NCBI GenBank assembly: GCA_964567575.1
Contig: CAZMMZ010000007.1
Span: 2,090 to 66,089, forward strand
Length of the DNA stretch: 64,000 nt
Reading direction: 5' to 3'
Source of the DNA: Candidatus Undinarchaeota archaeon
GTDB lineage: Archaea; Undinarchaeota; Undinarchaeia; Undinarchaeales; UBA543
The notes under the pieces were generated by a model. The model saw nothing but the letters and a program-made list of their open reading frames with translations, was not told the origin of the DNA and did not search any database. A program made the position numbers and the translations under genes. Below, piece after piece: positions 40,675 to 48,587 of the stretch (position 1 is its first letter; each line of letters opens with the position of its first letter).

Positions 40675-41757
40675 TTATAGAATATCTACAATTTCAAGCT
40701 CACCTGTGTATTCATTTCCTACAAGCCCTTTTTTTATTCGATGCATACAAAGAGTATAATCTGGTTTTACAAAAGTGTCTGACCTTTCTCCCGTATCCGG
40801 ATTTATTCCAGATGGAACATCAATTGAAATTTTTGGAACTTCCATTGTGTTTAACCAGTTAATTACAGAAGTCATTGGCTCTCGCATTACACCTTTTAAT
40901 CCTGTGCCAATCATTGCATCAACAATTATATCAGCGCTGAAATTTCCTGCACTTTCTGGAGTTACTGTATAAAATCTAACTCCGGCTTCTTCAGCTTTCT
41001 TGAAATTCTTTTTGCTTAATTCAGTTTTTTGTTCAGTGAATCCAACAAGTTCTGTATGAATCCCAGCTTCCTGCAAATATCGCGCAGCAACGAATCCATC
41101 TCCGCCATTGTTTCCAGCTCCACAAACCACTAGCACGCTAGGGTCTTCTAATTTGAAATTATCTTTGATAAATTTGCCGATTCCTTTTCCAGCATTTTCC
41201 ATAAGTTCTTCAGTTGTTTTTCCAGAAGTTTTCTCAAGCTCTTTCATTTCTTTGCTAGTAATATAATTTTCAAGTTCTTCATGTTGGAGTTTCAATCGTT
41301 GGGCTTGTTTTGATTGTGGTCCCCATCGTTTTCTCCAGTTTTTTAATTCTTTTTCAAAAGGAATTATTTTATTATTGTCTGTGAGATTATCTGCGTAAGA
41401 AACTATTTTCTGTTCAATAGTTGTTGGCATAAAATCTTCTTCTGGCAATCCAAGTTTCTTTGTTTCTTCTTTTCTGATTCCTGAGCCAACGTGGTTCCGT
41501 GCAATTAATGCAATTTCTTCAGATAATCCAAATTCTTTGCACTTCTCATAGCTTACAATACCGTGTTGAATGTTGTGCTTCACACCACGTCCAATATCGT
41601 GAAGCAGCGATCCTTTATTCACAAGCTCTCTATCAACAGTAATACCATCAGAAATTAAATTGTCAGCAATCTCCAATGCTTTTGCATTCACAGTAAGGCA
41701 ATGCTTTCTGAGTTTTTCAGGATAATTTATTTTATCCCATATCTCGCCAACTTCCAT
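40675..41757 (-). CDS. Fusion protein: N-terminal HD(IG) phosphohydrolase domain + C-terminal NAD(P)H-hydrate epimerase (YjeF_N)
   Basis: 360 aa. LLHDIGRG..ARNHVG (HD) followed by VVCGAGNNGGDGFVAARYL..DAMIGTGL..SIDVPSG (YjeF N-terminal domain). Confidence 0.8.
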   Translation of the reverse strand: MEVGEIWDKINYPEKLRKHCLTVNAKALEIADNLISDGITVDRELVNKGSLLHDIGRGVKHNIQHGIVSYEKCKEFGLSEEIALIARNHVGSGIRKEETKKLGLPEEDFMPTTIEQKIVSYADNLTDNNKIIPFEKELKNWRKRWGPQSKQAQRLKLQHEELENYITSKEMKELEKTSGKTTEELMENAGKGIGKFIKDNFKLEDPSVLVVCGAGNNGGDGFVAARYLQEAGIHTELVGFTEQKTELSKKNFKKAEEAGVRFYTVTPESAGNFSADIIVDAMIGTGLKGVMREPMTSVINWLNTMEVPKISIDVPSGINPDTGERSDTFVKPDYTLCMHRIKKGLVGNEYTGELEIVDIL

Positions 41758-41842
41758 GTTTCTATTAATTCCGTAAAAATAAGCATTATAATAAGTTTGT
41801 GTTTATGGAAAAACCTTTAACTTCTTAAAACAATCTTTAATC

Positions 41843-42259
41843 ATGGATTGGGTTAAATTTGAACAAGAAATGTGGTCACTATCTGAACGAATAGATTTTG
41901 ATCCAGATGTAATTATCGGAATTTCAAGAGGTGGACTAGTTCCAGCTCTTTACCTTTCAAAACATTTGGGAGTTAACGAACTACACGGCATGTCTGTTAC
42001 AAAAGAAGGAAAGAAACGTCGTGTATTTACTGAAATAACTAAAAGTCTTAAACATAAACGAGTATTGTTGGTTGAAGATATGCTTGAAACGGGGGAGAGT
42101 TTGATTGTTGCAAAAAAACATTTGGAAGAAGATAAAGATGCAATTGTAAAAACTGCGTGTCTGTATACAATGCGTATTACTAAACCAAGTGTCCCAGATT
42201 ATTTTATTAAACAAGTCAAAAAAGTTGTTGACTTCCCTTGGGAAGATTGGAAAAAGTGA
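41843..42259 (+). CDS. Phosphoribosyltransferase (purine PRT-like)
   Basis: 138 aa. PRPP-binding loop VLLVEDMLETGESL. Confidence 0.75.
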   Translation: MDWVKFEQEMWSLSERIDFDPDVIIGISRGGLVPALYLSKHLGVNELHGMSVTKEGKKRRVFTEITKSLKHKRVLLVEDMLETGESLIVAKKHLEEDKDAIVKTACLYTMRITKPSVPDYFIKQVKKVVDFPWEDWKK

Positions 42260-42263
42260 TGAT

Positions 42264-42908
42264 TTATTTATTGCAAACTTCACTTAGTTTTTCGTAAGAT
42301 CTGTTTATACTATTCAAAGCATCTACTAAATGTGGCATGTACTTGAATCCTGGTGTTGCTCCGAAATCTGAATAAATCAAAATGTAATGAAGTTTAAGCA
42401 ATCTTTCTGTTTCTATTTCTTCAACAGCTTGTTCTAATGTTACTGGTGCTTTTATTTTCAGTCCGCCGCCTTCTAATCCTTTTGACAGGCGCGCTAAAAG
42501 ATCATGAGTTTCAGCTAGTTTTAGAATGTCATGTATTTCCTCTTCAGAATATCCCATTTTTTCAACATGCTTCTGTGCGAGTTCTGCTGATTTGAATCTG
42601 TGGTTCGTATCCAAAGCATCAATTCCTTTTCCTATATCATGATAAAGTGTACCGCATCTCAAGATTTCTTTATCGTGTTCATTCAAATCTCTTGTATCCA
42701 TAACTGCTCCTTTATCCTTTACTTCACCAAGCAGTCCCATAACATTAAAAGTGTGATCAAGCGGGTCTATATCTTCATGCGGTTCAGATTGTTTAATCCC
42801 TTTCATTACAAGCATTTCTTCAGGAAGATTCTCTTTAATCTTATCAAAATTATTTTTGAAAATTAATTCATTACCTTTCAAAAGTTCTCGTAATATTTTG
42901 TAATCCAT
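42264..42908 (-). CDS. HD-domain phosphohydrolase
   Basis: LYHDIGKG motif. I place the start at ATG 42908 (MDYKILREL). The track's longer ORF (to 42974) starts at an ATG inside hairpin 1 of repeat copy A. Confidence 0.7.
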   Translation of the reverse strand: MDYKILRELLKGNELIFKNNFDKIKENLPEEMLVMKGIKQSEPHEDIDPLDHTFNVMGLLGEVKDKGAVMDTRDLNEHDKEILRCGTLYHDIGKGIDALDTNHRFKSAELAQKHVEKMGYSEEEIHDILKLAETHDLLARLSKGLEGGGLKIKAPVTLEQAVEEIETERLLKLHYILIYSDFGATPGFKYMPHLVDALNSINRSYEKLSEVCNK

Positions 42909-42932
42909 TTTGAAATTAGTAGCCCCGAGCAG
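42909..42932 (-). repeat. Second copy of the tRNA-Gln 3' end (tRNA nt 61-73 plus trailer)
   Basis: 42915-42932 is an exact 18-nt copy of 43033-43050 (attagtagccccgagcag). Similarity extends to 24 nt with 2 mismatches. Confidence 0.9.
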
Positions 42933-43011
42933 TTCCGAACGTCCGCCTTGCCGCGGACAATGGCATGAGGGCATTCGCCTACGGGCGAAGCCCTGGTTTG
43001 AAATTGGTTCA
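42933..43011 (-). repeat. GC-rich two-hairpin element, copy A (downstream of tRNA-Gln)
   Basis: Minus strand: TGAACCAATTTCAAACC / AGGGC-TTCGCC-CGTA-GGCGAA-T-GCCCT / CATGCCATT / GTCCGC-GGCAAG-GCGGAC / GTTCGGAA. Confidence 0.85.
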
Positions 43012-43037
43012 GATCTGTCTAAGTTATTTGTGATTAG

Positions 43038-43110
43038 TAGCCCCGAGCAGATTCGAACTGCTGTCCCAAGCTCCAGGGGCTCGGATGATTGACCACTACA
43101 CCACGGGGCT
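43038..43110 (-). tRNA. tRNA-Gln (CUG), no encoded CCA, apparent C at position 33
   Basis: Hand-folded: AGCCCCG-TG-GTGT..-CGAGC CCCTGGA GCTTG-GGAC-AGCAG TTCGAAT CTGCT-CGGGGCT-A. The acceptor and D region match archaeal tRNA-Gln. Confidence 0.8.
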
Positions 43111-43151
43111 ATCGCTGGTTTTTGATAACTATATCTCTTTATAATTGTTTC

Positions 43152-43982
43152 TTAACCCAACTCCTTTGTCTTGCACCAGCTAATTCCTAACTCGTCCAAA
43201 ATTTCAACTGCTTTATTTCGTGGTTCAGAATTCATTCCATCCCAATCAAAAACAGCTTTCTTTGCAGTGCTTCCTGCAAGCATTTGTTGAATAATATCTT
43301 TAGTTACATTATCCTGTTGGTACTTTGGCAAAATATGGCCAATTGCAATATCTTCATTCTCAATAAGTTTCTTTGTAAAACTTGGAGCATAATGCGGTCC
43401 ACCGAAGCCGATGTAATTGGTTAAGGGTTTGGGGTTGGAGGTTGAAGGTTTGAGGTATTCAATAATTTCCTTCATTGCATTTGCAATAACTTTTCCAGCT
43501 TCTTCATTTCCCCATTCTTTTTCTGTTGAACCAATTTCAATAAACACTAATGGAGTTTTCAAAGTAGGACCATGGTGAGTAACTTCTAAACAAACTTCGT
43601 ATCGGGTATCGGGTATCAAGGATCGGGTATCAGGATTAGTGTAGGATCCCTGTTGCCTGTTGCCAGACACCTGCTTTGCCATACTACGAAGTCCAATTGC
43701 AATTGCTTCTGGATTTGTTGGATTTAATTTCTTTGGCTCTCCACCATAATCCGCATTCCCAAAATTTCCAGTAGCGTGAATTGTTAATGACTTTTTATTT
43801 GCAGCACTCTTGTGAGTACTTGGGATAATCAGCAAATCTGCTTCCGGCACATCTTCTTTTTCCAAATACAAAAAATCCTTCTCTGTTTCAAATACTGGCA
43901 CATCCATTCCCAGCTCATTGAATTGTTTCATAATATTCTGAGCTGCTGGGTTCTTAGTCCAGTAAAGAATTTTCGTGTTCAT
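43152..43982 (-). CDS. dtdA: D-aminoacyl-tRNA deacylase, archaeal type (DtdA/DTD2)
   Basis: 276 aa. HATGNFGNADYGG, EVTHHGPT, FIEIGSTEKEW, GGPHYAP and GHILPKY match the archaeal DTD2 family. Confidence 0.85.
   Translation of the reverse strand: MNTKILYWTKNPAAQNIMKQFNELGMDVPVFETEKDFLYLEKEDVPEADLLIIPSTHKSAANKKSLTIHATGNFGNADYGGEPKKLNPTNPEAIAIGLRSMAKQVSGNRQQGSYTNPDTRSLIPDTRYEVCLEVTHHGPTLKTPLVFIEIGSTEKEWGNEEAGKVIANAMKEIIEYLKPSTSNPKPLTNYIGFGGPHYAPSFTKKLIENEDIAIGHILPKYQQDNVTKDIIQQMLAGSTAKKAVFDWDGMNSEPRNKAVEILDELGISWCKTKELG
43419..43460. repeat. Six tandem heptamers GGTTNNN inside dtdA
   Basis: GGTTAAG GGTTTGG GGTTGGA GGTTGAA GGTTTGA GGTATTC on the + strand. Encodes EYLKPSTSNPKPLTNY on the minus strand. 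Confidence 0.8.
43599..43664. repeat. Degenerate heptamer tract (GTATCGG-type x7, then CCTGTTG-type) inside dtdA
   Basis: GTATCGG GTATCGG GTATCAA GGATCGG GTATCAG GATTAGT GTAGGAT, then CCCTGTT GCCTGTT GCC. Encodes ..NRQQGSYTNPDTRSLIPDTRYEV. Confidence 0.8.
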
Positions 43983-44003
43983 CTTAACTATTATATACTA
44001 TAA

Positions 44004-44636
44004 GTGCCACATAAAAACATTATGGGTTCAAAAGATCATACATATGTTGTAGTTCACCCGAATACGGGCTCTCCTAATCTGTCAAAGTCAGATTATAGTG
44101 ATCAGGTTCATAAATTAGAGGAGTTGATTAATTCTAACAACTCAACCTTTGTTTTGCTTAGTAGTAAAACAAAAGACTTCAAAAATATTAATGCTTACAA
44201 GTCTGTACTTCTTAAATTCTCAAAGAAAAATAGAGAACCAATTCTTCTAGATTACACCACACTCAGTAAAAATCGTGGCGCTATTCATTGTGAAAATAAA
44301 GGTAAAGAGGTAATGGTTAACATAGAAACTCGTGTTGCAGCTGAGAATCGGATTTATATTACTCATCCTACTGCCTTGGGCTATGGTGGTAGGGCTCAGT
44401 ATGAAGTTGTTGTTGATGCAATCAGAAAAAATAATGAACTCCTTCCACAAGATCATATTATCCACATTGTTGGGCGACAGTTCAGTGCTGGCGTTGCGCA
44501 GTATGCGTTCGAGTTTAATAAACAAAAATTTAATGTTGTTGTTGACTTGGAATATACAGACTTTAGTGAGGATTCTAATATTGACGCTCAAACGCTTGTT
44601 AAATTCAAGGAAAAAGGAATCGAAGTAAAGAAGTAA
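44004..44636 (+). CDS. Hypothetical protein
   Basis: 210-aa ORF (GTG in the track; ATG 44022 is likely). No recognised domain. Confidence 0.5.
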   Translation: MPHKNIMGSKDHTYVVVHPNTGSPNLSKSDYSDQVHKLEELINSNNSTFVLLSSKTKDFKNINAYKSVLLKFSKKNREPILLDYTTLSKNRGAIHCENKGKEVMVNIETRVAAENRIYITHPTALGYGGRAQYEVVVDAIRKNNELLPQDHIIHIVGRQFSAGVAQYAFEFNKQKFNVVVDLEYTDFSEDSNIDAQTLVKFKEKGIEVKK

Positions 44637-44672
44637 TTTTTTGTATTATTCCTAAAACTCTTTAAACCCAAT

Positions 44673-45728
44673 TCACTTTTTCAAGTGCACATCCATTTGC
44701 GGGAACGGTATCTCTATTCCTTCTTTGTTCAGTGCATTGTATATTCCTGTATTCACTTTGTCTTTTACCATAAACCGTTCTTTGTAATCATCAAGCCACA
44801 TATACGCCTTGAATTTCAGTGCTGATTCTCCCATTTCCAAGAAGCGGACATATGGTTCAGGGTCTTTCCTCAGTTCTTTTATTTTCTTCATCTCATCAAG
44901 AACAATTTTCTTGACCTGGTCAATTTTTGAACCGTAAGCAACTGAGAATGTCACTACCAAACGGGCTGAGAGGTCCGGTCTTGCGAAGTTTTTTATCCTC
45001 ATATCTGCGAGTTTTCCGTTCGGGAGTATTATGAGCTCGTTGTCAAAAGTTTTTATTTTCGTGCTTCTCACTCCAACATCAACAACTGTTCCCATGGTTT
45101 CCTGATCCAGTTGTATCACATCCCCGACGCGCAGTGAGCGGTCTATTATAAGCGACATTCCGCCGAAAATATTTCCAAGAGTTGTTTGGAGTGCGAATGC
45201 AACTGCAATACCTGCGACTCCCAAACTCGCGAGCAGTGGAGTTATGCTAACTCCCCAAACATCTAGCAGATACAAAATCCCCACAATCACTGTTATTAGT
45301 TTTGAAACTTTGTGCAGGAGAGTTACCAAATTGTCATCCACATGCGACTTTGTCTGTTTTGCCCAGTTTCTCCCCCAATTGTCTATAAATATTTCTATTA
45401 TTGATATCACAATCCACATTCCAATAATCACCGTTATGCTCGATAGGATATTAGCGAAAATACTTAGTGCGCTTCCTAGGATTGGTATTTGCCCGCCTGC
45501 AAGCCGGAATCCAATAAGAATGATTATCAACACTATTGGCTTCTTTGTTTTTTGTATTATCAAATCATCAACCTTTGTTTTTGTCTTCTTGGCAAATTTC
45601 ATCAGAACGCGTTCTATTACAAGAGCGACAAGCTCTGCTATTACAAAGTAGAATAGGAAAACCATACCTGCTCGCAAGTATCCATTATCTGGTAGTATTG
45701 AAAGAAGATTCAAAAGCGCGGTGTTCAT
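44673..45728 (-). CDS. Mechanosensitive ion channel, MscS family
   Basis: 351 aa. N-terminal TM helices, pore helix ..GVAGIAVAFALQTTLGNIFGG.., beta-domain VGDVIQL. Confidence 0.85.
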   Translation of the reverse strand: MNTALLNLLSILPDNGYLRAGMVFLFYFVIAELVALVIERVLMKFAKKTKTKVDDLIIQKTKKPIVLIIILIGFRLAGGQIPILGSALSIFANILSSITVIIGMWIVISIIEIFIDNWGRNWAKQTKSHVDDNLVTLLHKVSKLITVIVGILYLLDVWGVSITPLLASLGVAGIAVAFALQTTLGNIFGGMSLIIDRSLRVGDVIQLDQETMGTVVDVGVRSTKIKTFDNELIILPNGKLADMRIKNFARPDLSARLVVTFSVAYGSKIDQVKKIVLDEMKKIKELRKDPEPYVRFLEMGESALKFKAYMWLDDYKERFMVKDKVNTGIYNALNKEGIEIPFPQMDVHLKK

Positions 45729-45763
45729 AAAGATTTAAAACACAGTGTGCCTATTTAAATTTA

Positions 45764-46108
45764 ATGCCTATCAAATATCACCGCGCGCCAGATATTAAAT
45801 TGCGAATAATAGAATTAGCTAAACAATTTAATAATGTGAATTCGGATCGCGTTTTCTGCTTCCGCAGTACTGGCTCTGCAGCAGAGCGAGTGCTCGCACG
45901 CATCTGGTCTTTCCCGAAAATCTGGCAGCTTGCACTTTATATGGAACCACGATATGTGATTGAAGTTATTAGCGAGCGGTTTGACAATCTTCCAAAAGAA
46001 AAACAAGACGAAATTCTAGTCCACGAACTTCAACACATTCCAAAAAAATTCACAGGTGGTTTGAGAAAGCACGACAAGAAGAAACTTCCAAAGTACATAA
46101 AATTATAA
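45764..46108 (+). CDS. Small archaeal predicted metallopeptidase (HExxH; COG4900-like)
   Basis: 114 aa. LVHELQHIPKKFTGGLRKH. The family assignment is from memory and tentative. Confidence 0.5.
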   Translation: MPIKYHRAPDIKLRIIELAKQFNNVNSDRVFCFRSTGSAAERVLARIWSFPKIWQLALYMEPRYVIEVISERFDNLPKEKQDEILVHELQHIPKKFTGGLRKHDKKKLPKYIKL

Positions 46109-46179
46109 ACAACTTGAACTATCTTATAATATATGAGGCACGGAATATTTGCAATAACGCACGCTAAGAAAAAAATAAT

Positions 46180-48108
46180 TTAGTTCCCAGTGAACTTCGG
46201 TCTTTTAGAAAGTGAACGAGACATTGATAAGTTCTTAAATGGCATTCCTTCAGTTTTCTTTTTAATTTCCTTCACAAGATCATCCAAACTCATTTCTTCA
46301 ACTTTTCCAGATTCGCGAATTCTAACATTAATCTTTTTTGCTTTTGCTTCTTTGTCTCCAATAACTAAAGTATAAGGAATCCATTGCTTCTCAGATCCTG
46401 ATATTTTCTTTCCAACAGATTCACTCCTGTCATCAACATCAACTCGAACATTTTCTTTTTCAAGTTCATCAGCCATTTTCTCGCAAATTTTTATATGAGC
46501 ATCTGAAACTGCGCAAATCCGAATCTGTGTTGGTGAAAGCCAAAGCGGAAGTGTACCTTTCTTTCCTTGTTGTTGATCCATGTAAGCTTTCTCAAGCAGA
46601 GCATACATTGCTCGCTCTATTGCTCCACCAGGGGACATGTGAAGAATAACTGGTCTGTGTTCTTTACCATCTTCACCAATGTATTTCAAATCATAAGTCT
46701 CGCCATTTTCAACATCAATCTGATCAGTTGTGAGTGTTGCTGCTTTGTCTAAAGCATCAACGAAATTAATTTCATATTTCATTACAAAGTAGAAGAATCG
46801 TTTGTCCCAAACTTCTACAAGCATTGGGCGTCCCCACTTCTTTGCAATTTCTTTAATTACTTCTGGTTGCTCTTTTTCAAAGGAATCAACCCACCGTATA
46901 GCAAATTCAAGATCCTTTTTCTTGTCAAAACCGTAACCCTTCAACACTTTCTCAGCGAGGTTTAATCTATTCAATAATTCTTTGCTTGCACTTTTAACAT
47001 CAGCACATAATGCATGAACATCTGGCATTGTAAAAGCGCGCAATCTTCTAAGTCCTGCAAGTTCTCCTCGCTTCTCAGTTCTGAAACTGTAGCGAGTCAT
47101 TTCATAAATTTTGAGTGGAAGATTTTTGTAAGAAATTGTAGCGTCGTGTGCTATTAGGAATTGTCCGAAGCACGCGGAGAATCTCAAGAAGCAGTTTTTG
47201 TTTGGGGTGTTTACAATATATTGTCTGGATGGGAATCGATTCAAATATTTTTTCAGAACTGGCTGTTCATAATCATACATTACTGGAGTTTCAACTTCCA
47301 TTCCTCCATAATCAACAACTTCTTGTGTTGTGTAATCTTCAAGCAGTCCTTTCATCAAACGACCATTTGGATAGAATCGCAAATTACCAGGATCTGAACC
47401 AGGTTCATAATCAACAAGTTCCAGTTTTTTCATTAATTCAATATGCGGTGGCTGTTTGTCAACAACTCGGTTCTTTGCAAGTTCATACAAACACATTTTC
47501 TCAAGCTTCGGATATTTTGCAAAATTATAACCATTAATTTTTCCATTGTCGATTTTAATTTCGTGTTTCTTTCCAGTTGGTTCAAGAATATAGAATTTAG
47601 ATTTGAGCTGTTCCTCTTTCTTAACAGCATCTGAAACCTTTTGTTCTTCTGCACCTTTCTTTTCAAGTCCAGAATCTTCACCAGCGCGAATAATACGAGA
47701 CCACTCACTTAATGGATGGCCTTTACATTTCATTTCAAATTCTTTATACCAACCAAATGGTGAGAGCTTGACTTTGAACCCATTTTTCTTTAAGCCAGCT
47801 TCAACAAGGTTTTGAATTTCAATTGCCGTCTTTGGTTTTGATGGTTTTGCACCATAAAGCAAGTGAACATATGGATAGAACACAACATTCTTTGTTTTAA
47901 GTTGGTCTGAAATTTTTATAAGATCTTCAACTGTTTTCTTTGCAACTTCTTTCTCATGCCCCTCATCCTCAACTTCAGTAGCAAAGCGCGCGAATAAACA
48001 TTCTTCCATACGGCCTTTCTTTTGTTCGTCTTTCAGTTCCACAGCTAGCTTAGTCTTCTTCTTTGCCTGCCATTCCACGTAATCAACGTGTTGGATGAGT
48101 TCTTTCAT
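46180..48108 (-). CDS. thrS: Threonyl-tRNA synthetase (archaeal type with N-terminal editing domain)
   Basis: 642 aa. Archaeal editing-domain N-terminus, class II core (FRTEKRGELAGLRRLRAFTMPDVH), and a C-terminal anticodon-binding domain. Confidence 0.92.
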   Translation of the reverse strand: MKELIQHVDYVEWQAKKKTKLAVELKDEQKKGRMEECLFARFATEVEDEGHEKEVAKKTVEDLIKISDQLKTKNVVFYPYVHLLYGAKPSKPKTAIEIQNLVEAGLKKNGFKVKLSPFGWYKEFEMKCKGHPLSEWSRIIRAGEDSGLEKKGAEEQKVSDAVKKEEQLKSKFYILEPTGKKHEIKIDNGKINGYNFAKYPKLEKMCLYELAKNRVVDKQPPHIELMKKLELVDYEPGSDPGNLRFYPNGRLMKGLLEDYTTQEVVDYGGMEVETPVMYDYEQPVLKKYLNRFPSRQYIVNTPNKNCFLRFSACFGQFLIAHDATISYKNLPLKIYEMTRYSFRTEKRGELAGLRRLRAFTMPDVHALCADVKSASKELLNRLNLAEKVLKGYGFDKKKDLEFAIRWVDSFEKEQPEVIKEIAKKWGRPMLVEVWDKRFFYFVMKYEINFVDALDKAATLTTDQIDVENGETYDLKYIGEDGKEHRPVILHMSPGGAIERAMYALLEKAYMDQQQGKKGTLPLWLSPTQIRICAVSDAHIKICEKMADELEKENVRVDVDDRSESVGKKISGSEKQWIPYTLVIGDKEAKAKKINVRIRESGKVEEMSLDDLVKEIKKKTEGMPFKNLSMSRSLSKRPKFTGN

Positions 48109-48136
48109 TATGATTCCTTCTTTTTATTCGTCATAT

Positions 48137-48265
48137 TTAAATCATGGCATTTACTAGTGTAATTGCCACGCGTGTCATTACACATACTGCTACTATAATT
48201 ATGAGTGAAGTAACAACTCCAAGTTTAAGGGCTGCAGAATTTTCATCAATATCACCTAAGCTCAT
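48137..48265 (-). CDS. 42-aa single-TM peptide
   Basis: My translation: MSLGDIDENSAALKLGVVTSLIIIVAVCVMTRVAITLVNAMI. Its ATG overlaps the TGA of the upstream HTH reading frame (ATGA). It falls below the track's size cut-off. Confidence 0.35.
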   Translation of the reverse strand: MSLGDIDENSAALKLGVVTSLIIIVAVCVMTRVAITLVNAMI

Positions 48266-48532
48266 TTTAGGCACCTCATTATGCAGCTTCTTGATACATT
48301 GAAAATTTTTGCAAGTTGTCTGATTGAGTAGAACTCTCTAATCTTGAAAATTTCTTCCTTCTCTTGCGGACTAAGTTTTGATGGTCTTCCACTTCTGTTC
48401 TTAAAAATAGTACCCTCTCTACAACAGATGTTTCGGTGCTGTTTCGCACTCCCTTCTATCTTGACGAACAGGCCATTGGCTCTCCCCTCTTTCTTCGGGA
48501 TAAACCTGCCTCCTTGTAGAGTTATTGTTCAT
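48262..48532 (-). pseudogene. Small helix-turn-helix protein gene with disrupted or unconventional 5' end
   Basis: An 88-codon open frame ends ..NRSGRPSKLSPQEKEEIFKIREFYSIRQLAKIFNVSRSCIMRCLK (resolvase/IS630-type HTH) but contains no ATG, GTG or TTG. ATG 48532 opens a different frame that stops after 37 codons. Confidence 0.4.
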
Positions 48533-48587
48533 TGTAGACTATCCTAGTACTAAATAATATATAAATCTGGTGTCACGAAACACACAA

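Noticed and set aside
42909-42974. 22-codon N-terminal extension of the HD-protein ORF (MPSCHCPRQGGRSELLGATNFK)
   Set aside because: The ATG lies inside hairpin 1 of repeat copy A, and the extension simply reads through the GC-rich, stop-poor element and the duplicated tRNA end. ATG 42908 gives a normal N-terminus. Use of the upstream ATG cannot be formally excluded.
43419-43664. Heptamer tracts as a CRISPR array, telomere-like repeat or satellite
   Set aside because: The units are only 7 nt with no spacers. They lie inside an intact conserved ORF and total less than 70 nt each. They are reported instead as in-gene periodic tracts.
48344-48547. 67-aa plus-strand ORF
   Set aside because: It is the shadow of the minus-strand HTH reading frame, which has a recognisable DNA-binding motif.
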